DNA of 62,132 bases. Source: Candidatus Krumholzibacteriia bacterium. GTDB lineage: Bacteria; Krumholzibacteriota; Krumholzibacteriia; WVZY01. Where the stretch lies: NCBI GenBank assembly GCA_036478295.1, contig JAZGDW010000139.1:1-62132 (forward strand), read 5' to 3'. A program made the position numbers and the translations under genes. Shown in pieces: positions 52,791 to 61,589 of the stretch; the first letter of the stretch is position 1; every line of letters starts with the position of its first letter. The notes beneath the pieces are model-generated. The model searched no databases. It was given only the letters and a program-made list of their open reading frames with translations, and was not told the DNA's origin.

Positions 52791-54439
52791 TTGAGGCTCG
52801 CCTTTTTTGTGGCGTTCTGCTGTTCGGCATAGTCGTACATGGCCTTCAGCGTCGGTGCCTCTTTGAAAATGCGAAGAACGTGCTGAAACTCCACATCGTG
52901 CTTCAGCATCACGCGATACATGTCCTTGCGACCGAAGTTCTTGGACACGATCTCGCGCGTGATGGCTCGCTTGATATAATCTTCGCTCTCCTTGAACTTC
53001 TCTTCTTCGTACTCGAACTCGCGGTCGGCCAGCAGCTGCTTGAAACTCACCAGCACCTGGGGCGTCACGCGGAAGTCCCGCCCAACCTTGTGGCTGGTCG
53101 AATAATCGATGGCGAAGCTAAAGAACAGCGCATCGCGTTCCAACCGGCGCTCGAGTTCGCCGTACTTTTGCGGCTCGAAGGCGAGATCCGGCGTTATGCC
53201 GCCGCCACCGAACACATCGCGGCCGGCAGCCGTGCGAAACAGCGGCCGTGAGACATCTCCGAGCTCCGCGTTGTCGGCGGTCTGCACCATTGACCGAGTT
53301 CTTGAACTCGTTGTCAGGTCATCGCCGTCATTCCCATCGCCCGTGCCCACCGTGACGTTGCCGGCGGGCTCCGATCGGTGGTCTTTGTGGATACTGCGGC
53401 CGGTCGGCGTGTAGTACTTCGCAGTCGTGAGCTTGACCGCCTGGCTGTCGGACAGGCTGAATACAGTCTGAACCGTGCCTTTGCCGAATGACGTCTGCCC
53501 CACGACCAATCCCGCGTCCCAATCCTGTATCGCCCCGGCGACGATCTCCGACGCGCTGGCGCTGGCGCCGTTGATCATGACCACGATTGGATAGTCTTTG
53601 AACTTCCGCCCCTTGCGGGCATAGTACTTGTGGTTGTTCTGGGAATAGCGACCCTTCGTAAAGACGATGAGCTTGTCCTTGTCGAGGAAAAGTTCGGAAA
53701 CATCCGTCGCCGCCTGCAGCAAGCCGCCGGGGTTCGAGCGGAGGTCGAGCACCAGCCCTTTATTTCCCTCCACCTCGATGTCACGTAACGCCGACCGCAG
53801 CTCATCCCGCGTGTTTCTCGAGAAGCTCGCCAGCTTGACGTAACCATAACCGTCGAACACACCGGAGTAAGTGACGCTTTTGACTTTTATTTCCTCGCGG
53901 ACCAAAATGTATTCGATGCGCTCGCTCAACCCGGGACGGCTGATCTTGAATTGTACGTTGGTATTCGGCTCACCGCGCAGGTAGCGCACCGCCTTTTGCA
54001 CCTGCCAACCCTCGGTCTGCTGCCCCTCGATCTCGACGATCTGGTCACCCGTCTGGATGCCCGCCCGCCAGGCCGGTGTGCCCTCGATGGGTGATATAAC
54101 GGTCGGATAATTGTCACGGAACGATATGTAAATTCCCAGCCCGCCGAATTGCCCCTGCGTGCTGAGCATCAAGTCCTCGAAGTCGAGCCCGGAGAGAAAC
54201 TGGCTGTGGGGGTCGAGTTCCTTGAGCATGTCCTCGATCGCCGTGGTGATGAGCCTGTGGGTATCGACCTCATCCACGTAGAACGATTTCACCTTGTTGA
54301 TAACGTGGGCGAAGACCTCGAGATCATGCAGGACACTCTCTTTGCTCTGCTTGCTTTTCGCCCACGACCCGAGCGCAACACAGGAAAAAATGATGAGCAA
54401 CAAACCTATGGCTGTGCGGCGGTTGGAGAGGAATTTCAT
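52787..54439 (-). CDS. ctpA: S41 carboxy-terminal processing protease with PDZ domain
   Basis: GGAGG RBS before ATG 54439 and a signal anchor. PDZ (GDQIVEIEG). Catalytic GASASASEI ... FGKGTVQ. Confidence 0.85.
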   Translation of the reverse strand: MKFLSNRRTAIGLLLIIFSCVALGSWAKSKQSKESVLHDLEVFAHVINKVKSFYVDEVDTHRLITTAIEDMLKELDPHSQFLSGLDFEDLMLSTQGQFGGLGIYISFRDNYPTVISPIEGTPAWRAGIQTGDQIVEIEGQQTEGWQVQKAVRYLRGEPNTNVQFKISRPGLSERIEYILVREEIKVKSVTYSGVFDGYGYVKLASFSRNTRDELRSALRDIEVEGNKGLVLDLRSNPGGLLQAATDVSELFLDKDKLIVFTKGRYSQNNHKYYARKGRKFKDYPIVVMINGASASASEIVAGAIQDWDAGLVVGQTSFGKGTVQTVFSLSDSQAVKLTTAKYYTPTGRSIHKDHRSEPAGNVTVGTGDGNDGDDLTTSSRTRSMVQTADNAELGDVSRPLFRTAAGRDVFGGGGITPDLAFEPQKYGELERRLERDALFFSFAIDYSTSHKVGRDFRVTPQVLVSFKQLLADREFEYEEEKFKESEDYIKRAITREIVSKNFGRKDMYRVMLKHDVEFQHVLRIFKEAPTLKAMYDYAEQQNATKKASLK

Positions 54440-54527
54440 CGGCCAGGCCTCCATCGATAGGGGATTGTGGGCTTCTCCGAGGCTCCATCTACTTGGTTAG
54501 CTAGCATAAGGTATTCCAAGAGCGAGT

Positions 54528-54545
54528 CTCATAAGACCTTATGAG
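54528..54545. promoter_or_regulatory. Inverted repeat CTCATAAG-AC-CTTATGAG in the AT-richer divergent promoter region
   Basis: Perfect 8-bp arms, between the divergent ctpA-like and tmk genes. Confidence 0.25.
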
Positions 54546-54727
54546 CACGAAAAATATAATCATTCCTCGGCGTACTCGCAATAGCCTTGATACGCGAAAT
54601 TCCCACCAAAAGGCCCAAAATACTTCTCATTTAGGGAATACGCCGATAGTATGGTAGACGGGAGGGCGAACCGGCACCGGGCCGGCATGACGCCCGAAAC
54701 GCTTTATCGTTAAGGAGCTTATCCTGC

Positions 54728-55369
54728 ATGGCGGCTGAAGGCAGGTTCATCGTTCTCGAGGGCATCGACGGCGCCGGCACGACGACTCAGGCGCAAATGC
54801 TCCATGATCACCTCGTTGGCCGCAGCCTCTCCGGCTGGCTGACCCGTGAGCCGACCGATGGACCTCTCGGTGGATTCATCCGGGACGCGCTGTCCGGTGC
54901 GGTCCGCACCGCCGAAGGGGAGCGGTTTGCCCCATCGGAAAGCGCCTTTTGCTTGCTCTTTGCCGCGGATCGCCTCGAGCACTCGCGAGTGATCGAGGAC
55001 ATGCGCGCCCAGGGACGTCACGTCGTTTGCGACCGCTACATTATGTCTTCGATTGCCTACCAGTCGCGCGGTCCGGACATCTCGGCCGAACGTGTCATCG
55101 AAATCAACCACGGATGCGCACGGCCAGACATCACCTTCCTGCTGGGTGTTCGCGTCGAAGAATGTCTGCGGCGCCTGGACGGACGCGGTGACTCGCCGAC
55201 CATCTACGAAAAGAAAGATCTGCTCGAAGCCATAAACCGGAACTACGGGGCGGTGCGCCCCGTCTACGAGAGACATTTCGGACAGCTGATCGAGGTCGAT
55301 GGCATGCAGGCTCCCGAGAAGGTACACGAGGAGATCGCGTCGCTGCTGGCCCGGCACCTGCAACTGTGA
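54728..55369 (+). CDS. tmk: dTMP (thymidylate) kinase
   Basis: AAGGAG RBS. FIVLEGIDGAGTTTQ P-loop and DRY motif. Confidence 0.9.
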   Translation: MAAEGRFIVLEGIDGAGTTTQAQMLHDHLVGRSLSGWLTREPTDGPLGGFIRDALSGAVRTAEGERFAPSESAFCLLFAADRLEHSRVIEDMRAQGRHVVCDRYIMSSIAYQSRGPDISAERVIEINHGCARPDITFLLGVRVEECLRRLDGRGDSPTIYEKKDLLEAINRNYGAVRPVYERHFGQLIEVDGMQAPEKVHEEIASLLARHLQL

Positions 55370-55374
55370 GTGTG

Positions 55375-55980
55375 TCAGGCCTGGTCCCGGGCACTGGTCA
55401 CCCGGTGAGCGTGGCGGATCCGTTGCAGTACCGTGACGACGGTCCCTGCGGCAAGGAGATAGAGAATCAGGGACAGCAGACGGCTGCCCAGAAAGAGCCC
55501 GAACACAACGAGCGCCATGCGTTCGGGCCGCTCCATCAATCCCACGCCGCATGTGAACCCAAGTCCCTCGAGACGCGCGCGGGCGTAACTGATCAAAACC
55601 GAGCCGGAAAGTACGACGCAGATAACCACGATGGTCGAATCGCTGAACCCCTGTGGCCGGGTCGTGTAATAGACGATCAGCGCGCAAAGATAGGCAAGCT
55701 CGGAAATACGGTCGAAGGTTGAATCGATGAAGGCGCCGAACTTGCTCTCCAGGCCCCGGTGCCGCGCAATCGACCCGTCGAGTATATCGAAGACCCCCGA
55801 GAAGAGCAGCCAGAGACCGGCCTCAAAGAGAAACCCCTGGGCCAGGACGTACGCACCGTAGAGCCCAAGTATAAGGCCTACGATAGAAATCACCAGGGGG
55901 GGTATACCGATATGAGACAACCCGGACACAACCGGGTCGAAGATCCGGCGCGCTTTTTCCTTGATTGCCGTTTGGGCCAT
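55375..55980 (-). CDS. CDP-alcohol phosphatidyltransferase family protein
   Basis: DILDGSIARHRGLESKFGAFIDSTFDRISE (DGx2ARx8Gx3Dx3D). Multi-TM protein. Confidence 0.85.
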   Translation of the reverse strand: MAQTAIKEKARRIFDPVVSGLSHIGIPPLVISIVGLILGLYGAYVLAQGFLFEAGLWLLFSGVFDILDGSIARHRGLESKFGAFIDSTFDRISELAYLCALIVYYTTRPQGFSDSTIVVICVVLSGSVLISYARARLEGLGFTCGVGLMERPERMALVVFGLFLGSRLLSLILYLLAAGTVVTVLQRIRHAHRVTSARDQA

Positions 55981-56042
55981 GTTTGAGGTCTGCTCCACAC
56001 GCCAGCGTGGTGCGGGATGTGGTCACGCTATCGCAGCGTCTG

Positions 56043-56088
56043 TTGTCCCGTCAACCTTACTTGTCCCGTCAACCTTACTTGTCCCGTC
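56043..56088. repeat. Tandem 18-bp duplication (TTGTCCCGTCAACCTTAC x2 plus a 10-nt partial) spanning the rsmI stop codon
   Basis: Read from the sequence. On the coding strand: GACGGGACAAGTAAGGTT repeated. Confidence 0.8.
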
Positions 56089-56776
56089 CCCGGATGAGAA
56101 GGACTATCTCGCCGCGAACCCGTCGTTCACCGTAGAACTCGATCAACTCCGCCGCCGTTCCCCGCCGCACTTCTTCGTGAATCTTGGATATTTCCCTGAT
56201 CACCGCCACCTGTCGCTGGGGCAGCTCCTCAGTGATCGCCTGCAGTACTTTGAGGAGCCTGTGCGGCGGTGTAAAGAATATCGCCGTGCGCCGTTCGTCG
56301 GCCAGCTTCTCGAAGCGGCGTCCGAGCTCGCCTTTCTTCCGAGGAAGGAAACCTTCGAACACAAATGCGTCGGTCGGGAATCCCGACATGAGAAGCGCGG
56401 GCAGGATCGCGTTGGCCCCGGGGATCACCCGTACGGGGATGCCTTCCGCAATCGCGGCGCGGAGGAGATAGAACCCCGGGTCCGAGATGCCGGGTGTGCC
56501 GGCATCCGATACCAGGGCAAGGGTGTCTCCGTCCTTTAGCCGCTGGATAATCGCCGGCGTGACCCGTTCCTTGTTGTGGTCGTGATACGCGATGAGCTGC
56601 TTCTTGATGCCGTAGTGATCCAGTAGTTTTCTTGAGTGCCGGGTATCTTCGGCGAGAATGGCCGCCGCGGCTTTGAGTGTTTCGACGCCCCTGAACGTCA
56701 TGTCACCGAGATTACCGATGGGTGTGCTGACCAGCCAGATGGCGCCGTTGGGATTCTCGTCGTGGGGTTCGTTCAT
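56075..56776 (-). CDS. rsmI: 16S rRNA (cytidine1402-2'-O)-methyltransferase
   Basis: LVSTPIGNLGDMTFR and SDAGTPGISDPG motifs. Confidence 0.9.
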   Translation of the reverse strand: MNEPHDENPNGAIWLVSTPIGNLGDMTFRGVETLKAAAAILAEDTRHSRKLLDHYGIKKQLIAYHDHNKERVTPAIIQRLKDGDTLALVSDAGTPGISDPGFYLLRAAIAEGIPVRVIPGANAILPALLMSGFPTDAFVFEGFLPRKKGELGRRFEKLADERRTAIFFTPPHRLLKVLQAITEELPQRQVAVIREISKIHEEVRRGTAAELIEFYGERRVRGEIVLLIRGRDK

Positions 56777-56793
56777 GTCTGATCGTTTCGATT

Positions 56794-57010
56794 GGTTGGC
56801 GGGCGGGCTGTTGGATTGCTTCTCTCGCCGTGCTCCACTTCGCTCGGCTAGCCACGGCCCGATGCGGGTGGCAGCGAACGGGCGCCCGGCCGCGCGCAGC
56901 CTGCGAGCACGGACGGGCTGTTCGCTGACAGGACCCGCCTCGGGCCGCGGCTGATCCTCGCTCGTTCCCGCAACGGCTCCGTCACCAACCCAACAGCCCG
57001 CCCGCCAACC
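56794..57010 (-). repeat. Palindromic structured element, copy 3 (minus orientation) with a 103-nt expanded central hairpin
   Basis: Reverse complement reads GGTTGGCGGGCGGGCTGTTGGGTTG-GTGACGGAGCCGTTGCGGGAACGAGCGAGGATC-[103 nt]-TAGCCGAGCGAAGTGGAGCACGGCGAGAGAAG-CAATCCAACAGCCCGCCCGCCAACC. Confidence 0.75.
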
Positions 57011-57062
57011 AGAACGTCTTCAAACCTGTTCCGCCGCGCGCCGAGAATCTCAACGACGCCAT

Positions 57063-58097
57063 CTACCTGGGTTTCAGGCTGCCCAGCACTTCGGCGACAT
57101 GGTCGATATCACTGCTATCGATGTCCAGATGCGTAACCATGCGAACCAGTAACGGCCCGGAGAGTCCCGCGAGCACGTTTTGCTCGCGCAGGCTCTGTAG
57201 GAACGACTCGAGTGATCCCAGGGACGGATCGACACTGAAGATCACCATGTTGGTTTCCACACTGCGCGCGAGCTCCAACCCTTCTGTCGCCTCGATCACC
57301 CCGGCGAGCTTCACGGCGTTTTCGTGATCGGTCGCGAGCCGCTCCACGTGATGGTCCAGGGCGTAGATCGCCGCGGCGGCGATGACACCCACCTGCCGCA
57401 TACCGCCGCCCAGTTGCTTGCGTTTCTTTCGCGCGGTGTCTATGGTTGCGCCGGTTCCGCCGACGATCGAACCCATTGGGGCCCCGAGACCTTTTGAGAA
57501 GCACATGGACACCGTGTCGGCGCACGCCGTCCAGGTCTCGAAAGAGATTCCCGTCGCCACCACGGCATTGGCCAGCCGGGCGCCGTCCAAGTGTACCTTC
57601 ATATTGTGCGAACCGGCGAGCTCTTTGATCCTCCGCATTTCTTCGAGGGGAAACACCCGGCCTCCGCCGCGATTATGGGTGTTCTCGACCGTGATCACGC
57701 TGCTCACTGGCTGGTGAATATTCAAGGGGCGGATATGGGGAGCAATCTGTTCGGCGGTGATAACGCCGTCGGCGCCGTCGAGCGCATTGAACTGGACTCC
57801 GCACAAAGCGGGAACGGCGGCGACCTCGTTGTTGAAGATGTGAGATTGCCGGTCCAGAATGACTTCGTCACCGGGCCTGGTAATGCTGGCCAGTGCCACG
57901 GTGTTGCCCATGGTCCCGCTGGGCACGAACACGGCGGCCTCGGTGCCCAAAAGCGAAGTCACCCGCTGCTCGAGCTCGAGCACCGTGGGGTCATCCCCGA
58001 ATACGTCGTCTCCGACGACGGCGTCGGCAATCGCCTGGCGCATACCGGCCACGGGACGCGTGACCGTGTCGCTTCGCAGATCCACTACCTTGGGCAT
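57063..58097 (-). CDS. ltaE: Low-specificity L-threonine aldolase
   Basis: DLRSDTVTRP N-terminus. PLP Lys region FSKGLGAP. Confidence 0.85.
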   Translation of the reverse strand: MPKVVDLRSDTVTRPVAGMRQAIADAVVGDDVFGDDPTVLELEQRVTSLLGTEAAVFVPSGTMGNTVALASITRPGDEVILDRQSHIFNNEVAAVPALCGVQFNALDGADGVITAEQIAPHIRPLNIHQPVSSVITVENTHNRGGGRVFPLEEMRRIKELAGSHNMKVHLDGARLANAVVATGISFETWTACADTVSMCFSKGLGAPMGSIVGGTGATIDTARKKRKQLGGGMRQVGVIAAAAIYALDHHVERLATDHENAVKLAGVIEATEGLELARSVETNMVIFSVDPSLGSLESFLQSLREQNVLAGLSGPLLVRMVTHLDIDSSDIDHVAEVLGSLKPR

Positions 58098-58165
58098 GGG
58101 TGTCCTGTCTCGATGTGACCTTGGGGCGGTCCGGGAAGAATCAGCCAGCGATGGAAGAACGCCGG

Positions 58166-58444
58166 CTAAGCGTTGGAGACCATGTCCTTGAGTTCTTTGG
58201 AAACCTTGAACACCGGTACGTTGCGGTCCGGGACAGGCACGGCTTCGCCGGTCCGTGGGTTGCGTGCCATACGGGCTTTTCTCGCCTTCACTTTGAAAGT
58301 ACCGAAGCCACGGATTTCGTAGTGCTTTCCGTCAGCGAGGGCCTTGGAAATCGATTCCAGAAACTGGTCCATTGCCAGGGCCACGTCCTTCTTGGTCAGC
58401 CCTGTTTTACTGGCGATGTCCTCGACGATTTCGGCTTTCGTCAT
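58166..58444 (-). CDS. HU/IHF family DNA-binding protein
   Basis: AAGGAGGG RBS. MTKAEIVEDIASKTGLTKKD...GFGTFKV...RNPRTGE. Confidence 0.9.
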   Translation of the reverse strand: MTKAEIVEDIASKTGLTKKDVALAMDQFLESISKALADGKHYEIRGFGTFKVKARKARMARNPRTGEAVPVPDRNVPVFKVSKELKDMVSNA

Positions 58445-58892
58445 CGTGCTGCCCTCCTTCGTGCACAAACAGAACCAAAGAGATTTTTAGCATTTTTGCC
58501 CATAACTCGTGATAAGTCAAGGCATTTTTGGGATGACCCCTTTCCCCTCATTGATTCTGCGAGGAGCCTCCTCAAATTGCACGTGCCCGAGGCAGGCCGA
58601 TGAATCCTCATCATTCCCTATTCGACATCCTCGGGCGCTCTCCTCGCTGGATCCGCACCGGGCGGTCCCGATGACCATTGCCGGAATGGGGACCCTGAAA
58701 CGCAGAAGAAGACCGTTGGTATGCGGCAAACGGCACTTCCCGTATGCCCCCCAAATTAGTTGGTACACCGCTTGCTGTTTGCCCCATCGCTACGAAGTGG
58801 TCGCCGCTTAAGGAACGACTCTCGACACCGTACCACTTCGCAGCTCAAGCAAGCACGGGCATCAATGCCCAATCATAAGGAGGGCGATCGCA

Positions 58893-59318
58893 ATGAGAGC
58901 CAGAACTTTCGTTACGACGTCGCTGGCGCTGCTCGGCCTTATCATGCTTGTTGGCGGCTGCGGAGATGATACCATTTCACCAGCCGGCAACGAAGCGCCG
59001 TTGCTTCCGCCACAGAACGTCGTTGTAAAACAGGGACCGTCAGGGGCCGTGTTGCTAACATGGGACGCCAACACGCAAAGCAGCCTTAGAGGGTACAACG
59101 TCTACCGCAGGGATACCGGTAGTGCCTCGATCGTCACGCTAACGATCAAACCGATCAAGGAAACCCGGTTTGTCGACAGTCAGGTCGATTGGTCGAGAGA
59201 ATACGAGTATCGCGTCACGTCGGTGAGCGACCGGGGCGGCGAGAGCGGCTCTGTCGCTCTGGTCATCCAGCTCGAAACACCCACGACGAGCGACGGCAAA
59301 CACAGCCGGAGTGAGTAG
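58893..59318 (+). CDS. Small lipoprotein with a fibronectin type III domain
   Basis: AAGGAGGG RBS. Lipobox LVGGC-GDD. PPQNVVV...LTWDAN...GYNVYR FN3 pattern. Confidence 0.7.
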   Translation: MRARTFVTTSLALLGLIMLVGGCGDDTISPAGNEAPLLPPQNVVVKQGPSGAVLLTWDANTQSSLRGYNVYRRDTGSASIVTLTIKPIKETRFVDSQVDWSREYEYRVTSVSDRGGESGSVALVIQLETPTTSDGKHSRSE

Positions 59319-59341
59319 CGCGCGCCGCTCATAGTTCCCCG

Positions 59342-59375
59342 AAAAAGCCCATCTCCCAAGGAGACGGGCTTTTTT
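59342..59375 (+). terminator. Rho-independent (potentially bidirectional) terminator
   Basis: AAAAA-GCCCATCTCC-CAA-GGAGACGGGC-TTTTTT. Confidence 0.75.
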
Positions 59376-59472
59376 GTTGTCCTATGGAATCGATCGCTGG
59401 TTGAGCTGCGGCCGCAGGACCACCGGCGCCAATCGCCGGCCGCCAGGGCGCCGGCAAGTCCGGGTTAGCGAT

Positions 59473-60162
59473 CTACAAAGCTCCGACGGCCAGCTTGACC
59501 ATACTGAAGAGAAATCCCGTCATAACCTGCCACGGCAGCCAGATAATGATCCGGATCACTCCGGTCCACAACAGGGCGATGAGAATGAAAAAGCCGTAGG
59601 GACGCATCGCTGCCAGCATGGCCGCGTAGCGGGACGGGAGGTAGCGGAACAGGATCCAGTGTCCGTCCAGGGGTGGGACGGGAATGAGGTTAAAAATCCC
59701 CAGTACGCAATTGATTTGGATCATGGACTGACACAGCGTTCTGAAAAAGAGAAGCGAGTTGGCACCGCCGCCTGCGGCCAGAAAGGGAACGTGTTTGTAC
59801 ACGAGCAGAACCACGATGTAGAGGACGGTGGCGGCAAGCGCCAGCAGGAAATTGGAAATCGGCCCAGCGGCAGCCACGTACGCGTTGTGAACGACAGGGT
59901 TCTTGAGGTTCGCCGAGTTGACGGGCACCGGCTTCGCCCAGCCGATGAACGGGATACTGCTGACAAAGGCCATGAGCGGGAGAATAATGCTGCCGATCGG
60001 ATCGATGTGCGGCAGGGGATTCATGGTAATGCGGCCGAGGTCGCGCGCCGTGCGGTCGCCGTATCGCTCAGCGGTCAGGCCATGCGCGTTCTCGTGCACG
60101 ATGATTGAAAACACGAAGACCATGAATCCAACCAGCGTTCGAAGTATGTGTTCGGGTGCCAC
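59473..60162 (-). CDS. Site-2 protease (M50) family membrane metalloprotease
   Basis: HENAHG (HExxH) and NPLPHIDPIGS. Multi-TM protein. Confidence 0.8.
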   Translation of the reverse strand: MAPEHILRTLVGFMVFVFSIIVHENAHGLTAERYGDRTARDLGRITMNPLPHIDPIGSIILPLMAFVSSIPFIGWAKPVPVNSANLKNPVVHNAYVAAAGPISNFLLALAATVLYIVVLLVYKHVPFLAAGGGANSLLFFRTLCQSMIQINCVLGIFNLIPVPPLDGHWILFRYLPSRYAAMLAAMRPYGFFILIALLWTGVIRIIIWLPWQVMTGFLFSMVKLAVGAL

Positions 60163-60196
60163 GGACGATGTCCATTCCTGTGCGAGACGTGCCGCG

Positions 60197-61012
60197 CTAG
60201 CGTACTTTCAGGATCCTGTGACACTGTGGAATGACCCGGGCATCGCTCAAGTGCTTCAGCGCAAAGCGCTGGCCCTCTTCCAGCAGCCAGCCGAGGATCT
60301 TTCGAGCTTCGGAGCCTTTTAGACTCTTGAGGTACGTCGTGCTCTCCGGCTGCAGGACCAGCGGTAGATCCCGGTCCACCGAGGCTATCAACCGCACCGC
60401 TTGTTTTATCTCTTCGAGCGGCGTTGGCGCATCGACGATTATCTTGACAAAAGACGCCTTCCCGGGCAAATAGGAGAGGAACTCATGGTGGGCTTTCCAG
60501 TGGTCCTCACCGGTTGCGTGCGGCAGCTTTATGTCCATGGCGATAACGTCTACGTGCGGCCGGACCTTGCGCAGTCCCCAGAACTCAAGCCCGCTGGTCT
60601 CAAGGTAGACACGAAATTTCTTACGGCGCAACCTTTTTGCGATTGCCGCTGTGAACTCCGGCTGTTCGAGCGGCTCGCCGCCGGTTAGGCTCACGGTCCT
60701 CACGGGGCCACGATGCTCGACGAGTGCGAGTGTCTCCTCGACAACGGTTGCGGCACTGATCGGATTGGGCAGCAAGCGTTTCGTATGCCCGTGGACCACA
60801 CACTTGTCTTTCTCTTCTTTGCTCGCCTTCGTATCGCACCAGTAGCAGGTCGCCGTGCAGCCTGCCGTGCGCACGAAGACCTGCCGCTCGCCGACATACA
60901 GACCCTCACCCTGCACCGAGCAGAAGATCTCCGAGACATATCCCACATCCGTCCCGGGGGTATGAATGAGTTCGGGGCCTCGCGAATGTTCCGGAAACAT
61001 GCCCCTGACCAT
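60197..61012 (-). CDS. queE: 7-carboxy-7-deazaguanine synthase (radical SAM)
   Basis: EIFCSVQGEGLYVGERQVFVRTAGCTATCYWCDT. Start chosen at MVRGMF (61012), 11 nt after the upstream stop. Confidence 0.8.
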   Translation of the reverse strand: MVRGMFPEHSRGPELIHTPGTDVGYVSEIFCSVQGEGLYVGERQVFVRTAGCTATCYWCDTKASKEEKDKCVVHGHTKRLLPNPISAATVVEETLALVEHRGPVRTVSLTGGEPLEQPEFTAAIAKRLRRKKFRVYLETSGLEFWGLRKVRPHVDVIAMDIKLPHATGEDHWKAHHEFLSYLPGKASFVKIIVDAPTPLEEIKQAVRLIASVDRDLPLVLQPESTTYLKSLKGSEARKILGWLLEEGQRFALKHLSDARVIPQCHRILKVR

Positions 61013-61023
61013 CGGTTTCACCT

Positions 61024-61575
61024 TCACGATACCGTGCGCACCTTGCCTTCGGCATGGCGGCACGAGGAAAGTTCTTTGTGGTAACGCTCCAACAGTTCTT
61101 CGAGGAGCCAGCGGGGCTCGATGTCCAGTTCTTCCAGCCCGACCGCCGGTACCGGCGCGCCGCGCGGCCGCACATTGATCCCCAGGTGAATAACGTTCGA
61201 TCCCTGGGCCGGCGCGGCGATCGACACGGTGAGTTTGCGGTCGTCGATGTATACGTCGTCACCATCCCGCCGTACCCGGCAACCCCGCTCGATCAGGATC
61301 TCGCACAAGAGCCACACCATGAGCCGCTGGCGGAGCACCGCCGTCCTAAGGCTGCAGCGCCGATGCTCGACGATCACGTGCGCCATCGACTCGCTGCGGA
61401 TGAACGCGCCCGCCTCCCGGTCATCGAGGTCTACCAGATCCTCGGTCTCCACATTGCAAGGACCGACGAACGCGACCGCGGCGTCACCGCGGCAACCCGT
61501 TTGGTCCTCCACCCATTTCGGCCGGAGTTCCTTGCCGGTATAGGGGATTTCCTCTTCGAGAATCCGGTATTCCAT
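61024..61575 (-). CDS. Uncharacterised 183-aa protein embedded in the preQ0 operon (possibly DUF366-like)
   Basis: Start at MEYRILEEEIPYTGKEL, 14 nt after the queC stop. No QueD-type CxxxHGH motif. The family assignment is from memory only. Confidence 0.5.
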   Translation of the reverse strand: MEYRILEEEIPYTGKELRPKWVEDQTGCRGDAAVAFVGPCNVETEDLVDLDDREAGAFIRSESMAHVIVEHRRCSLRTAVLRQRLMVWLLCEILIERGCRVRRDGDDVYIDDRKLTVSIAAPAQGSNVIHLGINVRPRGAPVPAVGLEELDIEPRWLLEELLERYHKELSSCRHAEGKVRTVS

Positions 61576-61589
61576 CTTTGCGTCCCAGG

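Noticed and set aside
54719-55687. 322-aa ORF on the minus strand spanning tmk and the 3' end of the phosphatidyltransferase gene
   Set aside because: It overlaps two genes with unambiguous catalytic motifs, and its sequence is Arg/Pro-rich.
56043-56088. Possible mini-CRISPR
   Set aside because: There are only 2.5 directly abutting 18-bp units with no spacers and no cas genes.
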